Numbered from the stretch's first letter, positions 1-10,022 are shown. The stretch: DNA of 64,000 nucleotides from an uncultured Clostridia bacterium (GCA_944367535.1 CALVWQ010000008.1:6685-70684); one strand, 5' to 3'. A program made the numbers and translations. The notes: a model not told the origin generated them from the letters alone.

Positions 1-3000
1 GTGTCGTCTCCACTGTTATCTCTCAATACAAGCATGAATGCCGCTCCCGCCCCCAACGTTATTCTCTCCGATATGGAAAGCGGAGCGCTTGAAGAATAAG
101 GATGCCAGTCTGACAGCGTTGTAAACGTCCCGTCAGCGTTCATCTTGACGTACGCGAGTGCCGCCCCGTTGGAGCCGCCGCCGAGATATGTCGCCTGCCC
201 GTTAAACACAAATTCTTTTGTATCGCCCGAATAGTTACGGAATGCCAACGTCGCGCCCGAAATATACATCTTGTCTACGGAAACGTAAAGTTCGCCATCT
301 TCGTATCTTTGGTTTGTTTCGCTGTACATAAGTTCGCTGCAATCGGTTACGTGGAATCCGCCGTCATACGAAACGTTCGATCTGAGGTAAATAAATCCTC
401 CATCGCCCTGTCCGCCGAAACTGTCGGCAAGCGCCGTTATCTTTATCACGACGGTATCGAGATAATTTTTAAGAACCGCCGTAGCCGCAATGATTTCCTG
501 CGATGTCTTGGAATCGTCGTTATACACCGCCGTAGCCGCGTCAAGTTGCGAAGTAATTTCGGCGGCGCTTCCGCTCATAAATGCTTCGGCATTCAGATAT
601 GCGCGCGCTCTTTCTATCTGATAATTGAGTTCGGATTTTGCAGCGGCGGTATCGAGCATAAGTCCGCTTACTGCGGTACGCAGTCCGTCAATCACGTCGC
701 GCAGTTCCAGATACGTCATACCCGTTACCGAAACGTCTTTCGCTTCCGAAAGCGCGGCACCGAGAGCCGCAAAACTCTCCGCGGTATATTTTCCGTCGTC
801 GTTTGTTATCTGCTCCGCGGCGGCTATTTCGGCGGCAAGCCCCGCCTCGTCCACCTGTCCCTCGTCGTAACAGCCGACTTTAAGCGAAACGGTACAGCCG
901 TTATTGTTGTCGAAGAATATAAACATTACACGGTCGCCTTTATTGAGTTTGGCGGCGGTCTTTATTTCCGTCGACGAGGCAAAGCCCCTTCCGAACAGCT
1001 GATATTGAGACCCGTCCGTGCGGAGAACGTGCGCCCTCACCCAGACGTCGGAAGCGGGCGTACCCGCAACGGTTATTTTACCCGTAAAGTGTACGGTGAT
1101 CTCTTTATCCCATTCGTTGACGTATCCTATCGCGACGTTATTGCCCCTCACGACTCCGTCTGCGTCTATGCCGGTGCCGCTGTTGCCCCATACGCCGTCG
1201 TTTAAGGTGAGTTCATTAACGTCCGTCGGGCGTTCGCCGCCGTCCCATGTATAACCGACAGACAGATACTGCCAGCCGTAGATGCCCTGACTTACAGTAT
1301 TGAAGTCGTAAGCATAGTCGGCAATCAAAGTGGCGTTCGGGTCATATTCCACGTTTTCCGCTCCGGGATTGCCTTCGCCTATTCTCAGATAATAATTCCC
1401 GTCGGAAGTGCCTGCGGGATTGCCGGCAGACCTTACCGAAAGAATAAGATAGTCGCCCTGTTTTACCTCTATACCGAAAAGCTCCGCCACCGCGACGTTG
1501 TTTCCGTCTTTAAGCACGGCATCGTAAAGCACGGTGCGGTTTCTCAGAACCTTGACCTGCACCACGCCCGAATTGCTCCTGTATTCCGCCCTGTAATCTA
1601 TATGCCCGTCGGCAGGCGAGGTCCAGACGACTGCCGTAACGTATCCGCCGCCCTGTTTCATATAGTCGGCTTTGATTTCGAGTGCGTCGTTGACCTCGGG
1701 GGCTTTATGTCTGTATTCCCAGATTTCGCCGTTAGTGTTGTATTCGGACATGGGATACAGTTCGTCAGCCTCTTTGCCGTAAGCGTATATGAAGCCGTTC
1801 TTGCCCTGTTCGCCGAAAACTTCTCCGTTCATCTCGACGCCCATTCCCCTGTCGTAACTTATTTCGAAATCGCCGCTTAAATCTGGCACCGTTTCTGAAA
1901 CGAGTATTATTTCGGGAGAGGAGATTGCGGATACGAGAGTCCCTATGCCCGAGACGTATTCGCCGCCGCCCTCTCTTACGGCAAGGCATACTTGCGCCCC
2001 GTCCGTATCGGCGGTAAACTGTCTGTAAATGACAGAGCCGACAAGTTTTTCGCCGGCGGCGAGATACACGCCGCCTCTTATTGTTACGAGGTTTTTATCG
2101 TTTTCGAACGCCGCTTTACCGTTACCGGCGGTAAACACCGGAAGACCGGAAAGATCGGATATATACGCTGAGGCAACAAAACTGTAAACGCCCGCCTTGC
2201 CTGCCGTGAATTCGGCCGCACCGTCGCCGTAAATTTCCGTCGTGGCCGACTTTTCTTCATTTTTCTTGTCGGTACCGACTCCTAAATTCATTAAAACCTG
2301 AGCCGCCTCTTCCGACGAGATTATAAATTCGGCGGTATTGCCCTTTGCTATATATCCGCCGCCCGCAAGCATGGTAAGTTTTCCCGCGGAAACGGTATGC
2401 GAACTCTCCTCCGCCCCGTTGACGTTAACGGTTACTTTTATGTTTTTATCCGAATACAACGCAATATTGTACTCGGTAAAATTGTCCTCTTCCGCGGTGT
2501 AGACGAATTTGCGGCTCTGACCCGCCGCAAGATCGAATCCGTTCACCGCTCCCGTGAGCCCGTCAGAGGTAAGTCTGCCGCCGAGGTTCAGATTGTCGGC
2601 ATAATCCGACGCGGTGTAGATATGGAAGTCGCTGAAACTCACATTGCCGTCCTTTGCGAATACGGCTATGTTTTTATTTCCTATATTTCTTATTCTCGAA
2701 GTATAAGCGACGGTATTGTCGATATAGAGCGTAACGACAGAACCCTCCGTAAGCAGCGCGAGGTCGTATTCCCTACCCGAAACGAGATTTACATACCCGG
2801 ACGAAAGTTCCTGAGTTCCCACCATGCCGCTACGCACTTTGTCCGCGCCGGGAACGAGCGTTATTTCCATTATGCCCGCCGTCTGGGAACTGACGGCAAG
2901 CGCGAAGCCGAACTCCTTAACGTCGTCGTCGAAGCTTACTTTCGCCGTCAGAAGATAAGAAGAATATTCCTTGCTTACGGTATGATAAGTCTTATCTTCA

Positions 3001-4166
3001 AGAATAAGGTCGTACCCGTTATATGTCTTCAAAGCCTCGTCGAGTTCGCGTTCGACCGAATAATAATCATACACCGAGGTCGGAGCGGAAACGCTTAGGC
3101 TTCCGTCCGAATTGGCGGTAAGTTCGTGTATGCACAGATTGCCGCCCCACGAATAATTCCAGCCGACATTCGATCCCTTGTTTCTGACCCAGCCTGCAAG
3201 ATATGTTCTCTCTCCGTCCTGCGCCGTCTTTCCCGCATAAAATACATGACTTTCGAGAGCGGAATTATATATCGAACTGAAAGGACCGTATTTGTTGTCG
3301 GAAACGGCATAGAACATTCTCCCGTTCGTACCAACGTTCACGTTCACGGCGTCCGAGCCGTCTGCGCCGCCGTTGAGCGTATCCTGCACGGAATATGTGA
3401 GGTACCATTTCCCGTCTATCTCGAAAAGGTCGCTGCATTCGAGTACGTTGGCTCCCAGTCTTGTATCCGAGAAAATCACGCCGTCATAGGTAATATCTCT
3501 TAAATCTTCCGAAACGGTGAATTTCGCTATGACGGGTTTGCCGTCCCTGCGTGCGGAAACGAGAAGAACGAAATGTCCGTCCTCAAAGAATGCTTCCGGG
3601 TCTCTGAAATCCCATTCCTGAAGGTCGCAACCGGGTATATCCGCCGCACGCATGACGAATCCGTCGATTTTTTGGAAATTGTCGAGATTACCCGATGATT
3701 TTGCGACCATAACCGCTTCGGGAGTATCTTTCTTGAAGCCTGTATAGAAGAAATAATAGTCGTTATTTGCCTTTACTATACTGCCGGTACCGATCATGCT
3801 GTCCTGCGCGGTGCTTTCGCCCGCAGGCAACGCCTCGCCCCTGTCGGTAAAGTTTATAAAATCGGTGGTATCGACTCTGTAAACGGGGTGATTGGATATA
3901 CCCGCTCCGTCTGCGAGATAAAAAAAGCTGTAAACCCCGTTTTCGTAGAACGGCATAACGTCGCCCACCGATATGGAACCGTTTTTATAGCGCACGGTAT
4001 ACTGTGCCGCCGCTTCAAGACCCGCAGAGTTTTCCCCCGACAAATCCGCGTCGCCGTAATCGAGTTTGCCGGGAACCGACGCGGTCTTCGCGCACGCCAT
4101 AAACATACAAAGAATAAAAACGACAAATAAAACAGTTATAAGTGTCTTTTTCAGATTTCTGCTCAT
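1..4166 (-). CDS. Exported multidomain GH32-family fructan hydrolase (levanase/inulinase-like), 3' end cut by window edge (>1388 aa)
   Basis: Absent from the supplied ORF track because it has no stop inside the window. I checked every plus-strand triplet in phase (positions 3k to 3k+2) from 3 to 4166. None is tta, cta or tca, so the minus-strand frame is open throughout. ATG at 4166-4164 with GGAGAGG just upstream. N-terminus MSRNLKKTLITVLFVVFILCMFMACAK (signal peptide with lipobox-like Cys). GH32 blocks read by eye: VMPFYENGVYSFFYLADG, WDFRDPEAFFEDGHF, NVLECSDLFE. The distal part has two Ala-rich helical FIVAR-like repeats (YTAESFAALGAALSEAK; SAAEITSQLDAATAVYNDD). Confidence 0.75.
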   Translation of the reverse strand, partial: MSRNLKKTLITVLFVVFILCMFMACAKTASVPGKLDYGDADLSGENSAGLEAAAQYTVRYKNGSISVGDVMPFYENGVYSFFYLADGAGISNHPVYRVDTTDFINFTDRGEALPAGESTAQDSMIGTGSIVKANNDYYFFYTGFKKDTPEAVMVAKSSGNLDNFQKIDGFVMRAADIPGCDLQEWDFRDPEAFFEDGHFVLLVSARRDGKPVIAKFTVSEDLRDITYDGVIFSDTRLGANVLECSDLFEIDGKWYLTYSVQDTLNGGADGSDAVNVNVGTNGRMFYAVSDNKYGPFSSIYNSALESHVFYAGKTAQDGERTYLAGWVRNKGSNVGWNYSWGGNLCIHELTANSDGSLSVSAPTSVYDYYSVERELDEALKTYNGYDLILEDKTYHTVSKEYSSYLLTAKVSFDDDVKEFGFALAVSSQTAGIMEITLVPGADKVRSGMVGTQELSSGYVNLVSGREYDLALLTEGSVVTLYIDNTVAYTSRIRNIGNKNIAVFAKDGNVSFSDFHIYTASDYADNLNLGGRLTSDGLTGAVNGFDLAAGQSRKFVYTAEEDNFTEYNIALYSDKNIKVTVNVNGAEESSHTVSAGKLTMLAGGGYIAKGNTAEFIISSEEAAQVLMNLGVGTDKKNEEKSATTEIYGDGAAEFTAGKAGVYSFVASAYISDLSGLPVFTAGNGKAAFENDKNLVTIRGGVYLAAGEKLVGSVIYRQFTADTDGAQVCLAVREGGGEYVSGIGTLVSAISSPEIILVSETVPDLSGDFEISYDRGMGVEMNGEVFGEQGKNGFIYAYGKEADELYPMSEYNTNGEIWEYRHKAPEVNDALEIKADYMKQGGGYVTAVVWTSPADGHIDYRAEYRSNSGVVQVKVLRNRTVLYDAVLKDGNNVAVAELFGIEVKQGDYLILSVRSAGNPAGTSDGNYYLRIGEGNPGAENVEYDPNATLIADYAYDFNTVSQGIYGWQYLSVGYTWDGGERPTDVNELTLNDGVWGNSGTGIDADGVVRGNNVAIGYVNEWDKEITVHFTGKITVAGTPASDVWVRAHVLRTDGSQYQLFGRGFASSTEIKTAAKLNKGDRVMFIFFDNNNGCTVSLKVGCYDEGQVDEAGLAAEIAAAEQITNDDGKYTAESFAALGAALSEAKDVSVTGMTYLELRDVIDGLRTAVSGLMLDTAAAKSELNYQIERARAYLNAEAFMSGSAAEITSQLDAATAVYNDDSKTSQEIIAATAVLKNYLDTVVIKITALADSFGGQGDGGFIYLRSNVSYDGGFHVTDCSELMYSETNQRYEDGELYVSVDKMYISGATLAFRNYSGDTKEFVFNGQATYLGGGSNGAALAYVKMNADGTFTTLSDWHPYSSSAPLSISERITLGAGAAFMLVLRDNSGDD

Positions 4167-4183
4167 TTTCCTCTCCTGAATCA

Positions 4184-5515
4184 CTAACGTATGTCTGCGT
4201 TTCCGAGCGTTACGGCAAGCACGTCCGTTACTTTGCCCGATACCGCAGAAAACAGCGTTTGCGGACGAGATACGCGATAAGCTCTCGTACTTAAAACGTC
4301 CTTTCCGTCGACATAAATTTCTATTACCGACCCGTCCGTAAAGATATCGAAATCGTGAATTCCGCCCTTTGCGGTAAAAGGCATGATTCCGTCCGAAAGG
4401 TCGGCGCCGTCAAACTTACTTTTTGTTCTGACCGTAAGTACGTCGTCAGTTACGGTAAGTACGGTAAATTCCTCTACGTTATCCGAAATTCTGACTTCCG
4501 CGTTCCCATCGGTGCGAAAACTTATTTCCGCAGCCAGCGCGCCTGAACGCACAATGCCGCCGCTTATAGGCAGGATATCCTTTTTAAGCGATTCGACCGA
4601 GGCAACGGGTCGGATATTCAATGAATAATCCTCCGCAATACCTACCTCCCGCGGCAGAGAAAGACATCCGCTGTATGTACCGTCTGGCGAAGACCTCCCC
4701 ACTAGTTTTTCGGGCATCCAGCCGTAAAGAATGTTCTTTCCGTCCGCCGATCCCGAAATATTGGTAGCGTAATAACAGGTCAGAGACCAGTCAACGACTC
4801 CTCTGTTTTTCACCGCAAGGCGCTCGCCGTCGAAATCGCCCGAAACATATTTCACCTTTCTGTCGGTAATAGTAGAATAAATAAGCGCATACCTGCCGTC
4901 CGAAACCAGCATATTCGGACATTCGATAATATTCTCGCTGTCCGTAAACAAAACCGACACATATTCCCAATCGGTAAGGCTTCCGCCTTTCGATTTGTAT
5001 AATAATATTCCGTTGGTCTGCTTTTCGCCCTCGCAAACAATGCCGCAAAGCAATAAATACTTCATTCCGCCGTAAGTGAAAACAAACGGATCTCTCCATT
5101 CGAGCACTTTAAAAGGCTGGCTTTTTTCATCCATAACTTTGCCTTCTTCTCTTATTACGGACGTAAAATCGCGGTTTGCGACCGCAAACTTCTGACGCGC
5201 GTGTTTCTGTATCGCCCAATCTTCGAAACCTATCGAAGTATATATGATAATGTTATTTTCGCCGTTTTCTACCGCGCAGCCCGAAAAACAGTATTTTTCG
5301 CCCTTATCGTATTCGGGGGCAAGAATAATTCCTTTTCGTTTCCAATTTATAAGGTCGGTACTCGTGGCGTGCGCCCACTGTATATCTCCCCAGTCGCTTC
5401 CCGACGGATTATACTGATAACTAAGGTAATATACGCCGTCGCGGTATAATGTACCGTTAGGGTCGTTCATCCAGTTCTTTTCGGGTGCAAAATGATAAAC
5501 GGGTTTATTTAACAT
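4184..5515 (-). CDS. Cytoplasmic GH32 beta-fructofuranosidase (sucrose-6-phosphate hydrolase/invertase-like)
   Basis: 443-aa ORF with GH32 signature blocks NWMNDPNGTLY, WRDPFVF and IIECPNM. No signal peptide. Lies 17 nt upstream of the exported GH32 gene. Confidence 0.9.
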   Translation of the reverse strand: MLNKPVYHFAPEKNWMNDPNGTLYRDGVYYLSYQYNPSGSDWGDIQWAHATSTDLINWKRKGIILAPEYDKGEKYCFSGCAVENGENNIIIYTSIGFEDWAIQKHARQKFAVANRDFTSVIREEGKVMDEKSQPFKVLEWRDPFVFTYGGMKYLLLCGIVCEGEKQTNGILLYKSKGGSLTDWEYVSVLFTDSENIIECPNMLVSDGRYALIYSTITDRKVKYVSGDFDGERLAVKNRGVVDWSLTCYYATNISGSADGKNILYGWMPEKLVGRSSPDGTYSGCLSLPREVGIAEDYSLNIRPVASVESLKKDILPISGGIVRSGALAAEISFRTDGNAEVRISDNVEEFTVLTVTDDVLTVRTKSKFDGADLSDGIMPFTAKGGIHDFDIFTDGSVIEIYVDGKDVLSTRAYRVSRPQTLFSAVSGKVTDVLAVTLGNADIR

Positions 5516-5595
5516 AGATAATCAGTCCTTTTCAATAACGTTTTCTCGCTGTTTCAATGAAGTTTTTCTTGCCGTAAAATATTAATCGGCGAATT

Positions 5596-6477
5596 CTACA
5601 TATCCTTTATGCCCTGAGTCGCAATCCCCTCGATATAATATTTTTGCAGGAACATGAACAATATTACAATCGGAAGCGTACAGATAGTGAGAGCAGCCAT
5701 AAACTGTCCGTAATGACCCGCCCTTGAATTGAAGTCTGTTATGGCAATCTGAATATTCCACATATCCTTATCTGTAAGAGTGAGCATGGGCCAGTAGTAG
5801 TCGCTCCATTTCCCGAAGAATTCGAGTATGAAAACCGTGATGAAAACGGGTACCGCCATAGGGATCACTATTTTAAAGAAAATAGCGAAGGGAGCGCAAC
5901 CGTCGATTTCAGCCGCCTCGATAACGGCATTGGGAATACCCAGGAAAAACTGTCGGAACATAAATACGTAAAAACAGCTCATCACGCTCGGAAATATAAC
6001 CGCCATAGGAGTATTGAGCAGGTTAAGTTTACTGACGACCATATAGAGTGCGAGAGTTATACCCTCGAACGGAATCGTCAGCATGATTATCATGAACGAC
6101 AAAAGCAGCTTACTGCCCTTAAACGGGATCTTGGCGAGCGCATAACCCGCGAGCGAATTACATAACAGCACCAGCACCGCGGTGGAGAGCGCATAAAACA
6201 AGGTATTGAGCAGATAACGCGCCATAGGTATACGCGAAAAGACCATTTCGAAATTGGAAAGAACAAGTTTCCTAGGCAGAAAATCCATGATGGAAGTGGT
6301 CTGCGAAGAGAGAGCCTGTATGGGGTTTAACGACGTAATGAACATAAAAAGAAGCGGCGAGATAAAAATTATGCCCAAAAGAATATTTACAGTATACCTG
6401 ACCGCAAGAAGCGCGCGCTTTTTGCCTTTTTCTCCCGTCTTAAAGAAAATCTTTTTGTTTGAAACCGTATTTTCCAT
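5596..6477 (-). CDS. Carbohydrate ABC transporter permease (CUT1 family, MalG-like)
   Basis: 293 aa with multiple hydrophobic segments. EAA loop IEAAEIDGCAPFAIFFKIVIP. 2-nt gap to the preceding permease gene. Confidence 0.85.
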   Translation of the reverse strand: MENTVSNKKIFFKTGEKGKKRALLAVRYTVNILLGIIFISPLLFMFITSLNPIQALSSQTTSIMDFLPRKLVLSNFEMVFSRIPMARYLLNTLFYALSTAVLVLLCNSLAGYALAKIPFKGSKLLLSFMIIMLTIPFEGITLALYMVVSKLNLLNTPMAVIFPSVMSCFYVFMFRQFFLGIPNAVIEAAEIDGCAPFAIFFKIVIPMAVPVFITVFILEFFGKWSDYYWPMLTLTDKDMWNIQIAITDFNSRAGHYGQFMAALTICTLPIVILFMFLQKYYIEGIATQGIKDM

Positions 6478-6479
6478 AA

Positions 6480-7418
6480 TCAGATTCTCTCCTCGATATA
6501 TTTTTCTCTGTTTACACGGTATTTGTCGGATAGTTTCTTAAACCATTTCGCCGCCGAATTTATAACTATGAACGCCGCCGTGAACAGCATCGCGATTGAC
6601 GAACCGTATCCTATCAGTTTATCCGTCATGCCGCGCTCGTAAATGTAAAGCACGATGGTCATGGTCGAATAATCGGGACCGCCCGGAGTATCGGGCATGA
6701 TATAAGGTTGAGTGAAAAGTTTAAAAGCGCCTATAAGAGTGATTAAAAACACGAAGCTCGCGACATCGGTTATACATGGAAGCGTAATGCTTTTAAACCT
6801 CGTGAAACCCTTTGCACCGTCGAGGGAGCCCGCCTCGTACAGTTCCTGCGGGACGTTCTGCAAGGCGGCGAGCAGAATTATCATCTGATAACCCGCGCCC
6901 TGCCATGCGGACATCACAATAATACTGCCCATTGCCTGATCGGGATCGTTTAAAAATCCCTGAGCGGAAAATCCGAGCGCGCGGAGAATTACGTTGAAAA
7001 GTCCCGTTTCGCCGTAGAAATTTTTAAATAGCAACGCGATGACCGTCATTGATGTAATGACGGGAGCAAAATACGCGAGTTTGAATATTCCGAAACCTCT
7101 CGCACGGCTGTTGACGAGCAAAGCGAACGCAAGCGCCATTCCAAGCTGCAAAGGAACAACGAATATTACGAACTGCAATGTATTGAGTATCGCCCTGTGA
7201 AATACTTCGTCTTTGAAAAGTTCGGCATAATTTTCAAACCATACGAAACGCGTTATGCCGCGAAGCATATGATAATCTGTAAAACTGAATCCGAAAGCGA
7301 GAACTATCGGGACGACTAAAAACATCGTTCCGAAAACTATCGCGGGCGCACAGAATAACCAGCCGACCATATCGTATTGCTTTTGTCTGGCAGATTTTTT
7401 TCTTACCTTTTGAAGCAT
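6480..7418 (-). CDS. Carbohydrate ABC transporter permease (CUT1 family, MalF-like)
   Basis: 312 aa with multiple hydrophobic segments. EAA loop LYEAGSLDGAKGFTRFKSITLP. Follows the binding-protein gene. Confidence 0.85.
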   Translation of the reverse strand: MLQKVRKKSARQKQYDMVGWLFCAPAIVFGTMFLVVPIVLAFGFSFTDYHMLRGITRFVWFENYAELFKDEVFHRAILNTLQFVIFVVPLQLGMALAFALLVNSRARGFGIFKLAYFAPVITSMTVIALLFKNFYGETGLFNVILRALGFSAQGFLNDPDQAMGSIIVMSAWQGAGYQMIILLAALQNVPQELYEAGSLDGAKGFTRFKSITLPCITDVASFVFLITLIGAFKLFTQPYIMPDTPGGPDYSTMTIVLYIYERGMTDKLIGYGSSIAMLFTAAFIVINSAAKWFKKLSDKYRVNREKYIEERI

Positions 7419-7461
7419 GACTTATCTCCGATTACAATAATTACGGAAGTCCCGTAAAGGC

Positions 7462-8892
7462 TTATTTATATGCGGCCTGACGTATCTTGTTGTCTATCTG
7501 CGTGGCTGCGGTGGTGAGTTTATCCTGAATATTTACTCCCGAGGACTGTGAAACGATTTCGTTCAGAGCGCCCGAGAGTATCGGCGAAAACTCGGCATAA
7601 GCGATGGTCTTTATTCTCGGAGCCGCGGCTTTGAAAATCTGTTCGCGCATACGGTAATACGCCCCGCCCTGAACGGTCGAACCCGATTTATATTCGTCCA
7701 TACTGTCGTATAACGATTTGCGAGCGGGAGGAGATGCGGTATCTCTCGAAAAACTCTCGCACGACTCCGCACTCGTAAGATATTTGATGAATTCCGCCGC
7801 CGCGACCCTTTTATCCTCCGCACAGTCTTTAGATATTGACAATGTCCAGCCGCCGCACGGAACCGAATACGAGCCGTCGTTGTTGCGGGGATAATATGTC
7901 GCATCCCAGTCGTTTGCGATGTTGTCGAACTCATTGAACTTTGTTATGTTCTGTGTGCCCGTAAGGAACATTGCGGCTTTACAGGTGCCGCCCGAGGTCT
8001 GAGAATTGGTTCCGTCGTCGTAAAAGTCGGTACCGCCGGCAGAGGGATTTATCGCATTGTTTTCGCGAAGATTCCTAAGATATGTCCCCGCCGCTATTCC
8101 GCGCGAAGAATTGAGGTTTCCCGTCGCCGTAAGATTATCCTCGCCGAGTATGTTACCTCCCCACATGGGTGAAAAGGCATAACTCATCCATTCGGTCTTA
8201 TCGCCGGTTATGCTCAGTCCGTATCGCGTTATGTTACCAACTCTTGTAGTCATCTTCTCGGCAATCTCCGCAAGCTGGTCGAAAGTCCATGCGTTATCGG
8301 GAGATGTCGGCAGAGTTATAAGCGTACCGTCAGAAAAGCGCGGATTTTTAGAAAGAAATTCTTCCATAAAACTCTTGCGGTAAAATACCATTATCGTACT
8401 GTCCACTATGCTTAACGTATAGAGTCTGTAGTTATATGTTCCCTGGTCGATAACGTAATCCATAAAGTCGGCGAGATATGTTTCGGTTATATAGTTGTCT
8501 ATGGGTATTATCATGTTGTTATAAGCCCAGTTACTGACGTAAGGTCCGTCCATATACATGACGTCGGGAAGTCCTTCCGCGACGCGCAGACCTATCTGCT
8601 GTTCGTAAGAACTCGAATCCCCGCGCACAAGCGCCTCTTCCGAAACCTTTATACGTCCCGAATATTCGCTGTTAAAACTCGCAATGGATTCCGCCCACCA
8701 GGCCTCCTGAGCGTCATTGCCCATAGGTCTTATAAAGGTCAGCGAAATTTCTTTATCCGTAACGAATTCCTCGCCGTCCTGCAACCCGAGAAATTCGTCT
8801 TTTCCCGTAACGCTGCCGTCCTTGTTGCAGGAGACCAGCACCGACACGGAAAGAAGCATGGCCACTAAAACGCATAATAATTTTTTCATCAC
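7462..8892 (-). CDS. Extracellular sugar-binding lipoprotein of the ABC importer
   Basis: 476 aa. Signal peptide with lipobox: MMKKLLCVLVAMLLSVSVLVSC. First gene of an SBP-permease-permease arrangement next to two GH32 genes. No ATPase gene in the locus. Confidence 0.8.
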   Translation of the reverse strand: MMKKLLCVLVAMLLSVSVLVSCNKDGSVTGKDEFLGLQDGEEFVTDKEISLTFIRPMGNDAQEAWWAESIASFNSEYSGRIKVSEEALVRGDSSSYEQQIGLRVAEGLPDVMYMDGPYVSNWAYNNMIIPIDNYITETYLADFMDYVIDQGTYNYRLYTLSIVDSTIMVFYRKSFMEEFLSKNPRFSDGTLITLPTSPDNAWTFDQLAEIAEKMTTRVGNITRYGLSITGDKTEWMSYAFSPMWGGNILGEDNLTATGNLNSSRGIAAGTYLRNLRENNAINPSAGGTDFYDDGTNSQTSGGTCKAAMFLTGTQNITKFNEFDNIANDWDATYYPRNNDGSYSVPCGGWTLSISKDCAEDKRVAAAEFIKYLTSAESCESFSRDTASPPARKSLYDSMDEYKSGSTVQGGAYYRMREQIFKAAAPRIKTIAYAEFSPILSGALNEIVSQSSGVNIQDKLTTAATQIDNKIRQAAYK

Positions 8893-9056
8893 CGTCTCTC
8901 CTTGAAATTTATATAGGATTATAATAATTTAATTATATATATCGGAATATAATCACTTAATTATATTCAGTATTCTTTAATTTTTTTTCGTTTGTTATCA
9001 ATTTTTATTATCGGTAAAACCGCATATACGGCTTCAAATACCGATAATATCTGATT

Positions 9057-9100
9057 TTAATAAGCCGTTTCGGCTTATTAAAACGGGTATACCCGTTTTT
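9057..9100 (-). terminator. Two tandem hairpins downstream of the orphan membrane-protein gene
   Basis: ttaataagccg-ttt-cggcttattaa (11-bp stem, 9057-9081) is followed directly by aaacgggtatacccgttt (9081-9098). T/A runs flank both. Could also belong to the 5' region of the fructan operon. Confidence 0.45.
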
Positions 9101-9184
9101 CAATATTATTTAATTGTATGTTGATTGAAAAATTATCTGAGAAAATCAAAAGCCGTATCGGCATAGACGGTACGGTTTAAAAGA

Positions 9185-9730
9185 TTATAACGATTCGAAC
9201 TTGTATTCCCCGTCCCCTTTCAATATTATAAAACTTTCCTCTCTGATCATCGCGAATTCTTTTTTCGGAAATATATATTTTCCGAAATCCCATCTGAAAT
9301 CGTAATCGGTGAAGAGTTTATGAAGGTATTTATCGAAAAGCGGCATTACGACAAATTCCGATTCGCAGTCGAATATCATTACCATTTCGGTGCCTTTCAG
9401 TTCATTCCCCATGTACCGCGCGGGTGTACCCTCCGCACCGTCCGCCGTAACCGCCTTTTTAAGCTGTCCGAACGCGCGAGCCTGTTCGATATTTCCCTTT
9501 ATAAGACTTATAAAAAGGTATAACTCCGCTATTACTCCGACAACCGTAATCAGCAGACTTATATACGAGGGAAGAAAGTTATCCCTGCCGTTAAAAATCC
9601 CCAATAAAATCAATAAGGCGCCGAGTACCAGAAAAACAGGAAAAAACACCTTGTATTTTTCCTGTACTTCCAGTATGCGCCTTTTCTGATATTCCAATAC
9701 CTTTTGCTTTTCTTCGTGTAAGACGGCCAT
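9185..9730 (-). CDS. Hypothetical membrane protein (two TM helices plus C-terminal soluble domain)
   Basis: I prefer the internal ATG at 9730 (MAVLHEEKQK...), which is preceded by AAAGAGGGGGGGGAAT. The track start at 9829 has no ribosome-binding site. Hydrophobic segments: FFPVFLVLGALLILLGIF and LLITVVGVIAELYLFISLI. No family recognised. Confidence 0.6.
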   Translation of the reverse strand: MAVLHEEKQKVLEYQKRRILEVQEKYKVFFPVFLVLGALLILLGIFNGRDNFLPSYISLLITVVGVIAELYLFISLIKGNIEQARAFGQLKKAVTADGAEGTPARYMGNELKGTEMVMIFDCESEFVVMPLFDKYLHKLFTDYDFRWDFGKYIFPKKEFAMIREESFIILKGDGEYKFESL

Positions 9731-9940
9731 ATTCCCCCCCCTCTTTACAGAACTTTCCGGAATACAAAACGTCGGAAAACTGAAAATATAAACATATGTC
9801 AATCGTTTAACATATTTATATTTTATCATATTAATGATAGCTTGTCAATATGTTTTTAAAATTTTTTTAACCGTCAGGACATTTAAATTAAAAAAAATAT
9901 GTTACATATAAAAAAACCGTATTTACACCATATTTAAAAT

Positions 9941-9977
9941 GTTTCCCCTTCTTACTTAAAAGCGCAGAAGGGGAAAC
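9941..9977 (-). terminator. Rho-independent terminator candidate ending the catabolic-island operon
   Basis: 12-bp perfect stem gtttccccttct / agaaggggaaac with a 13-nt loop, 46 nt downstream of the stop at 10023. An A/T-rich tail follows on the minus strand. Confidence 0.55.
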
Positions 9978-10022
9978 AAAGTGATATCAACTGTAAAAAG
10001 TTACTCTGATTACAAAAGGAGT

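Noticed and set aside
309-1205. 298-aa plus-strand ORF from the track. The same reasoning covers 625..870, 1018..1254 and 1602..1880.
   Set aside because: It lies antisense to the continuous minus-strand GH32 frame. It uses a TTG start, has no ribosome-binding site, is rich in R/F/V/C and shows no motif. It is a shadow ORF.
2397-3098. 233-aa plus-strand ORF. The same reasoning covers 3126..3503.
   Set aside because: It is antisense to the GH32 gene, whose frame I verified as open, and it shows no recognisable motifs.
8893-9056. Possible LacI/CcpA-type operator or riboswitch upstream of the fructan ABC operon.
   Set aside because: The tract is A/T-rich, with no convincing cre-like (TGWAANCGNTNWCA) or palindromic site that I could identify with confidence.
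9731-9829. 33-codon N-terminal extension of the orphan membrane protein. The same reasoning covers 16951..17046 for the Cys-rich paralogue, 51002..51037 for rlmH and 56056..56094 for glyQS.
   Set aside because: The internal ATGs are preceded by clear GGAGG-like sites, or give canonical family N-termini. The extended starts lack ribosome-binding sites or overlap upstream genes.
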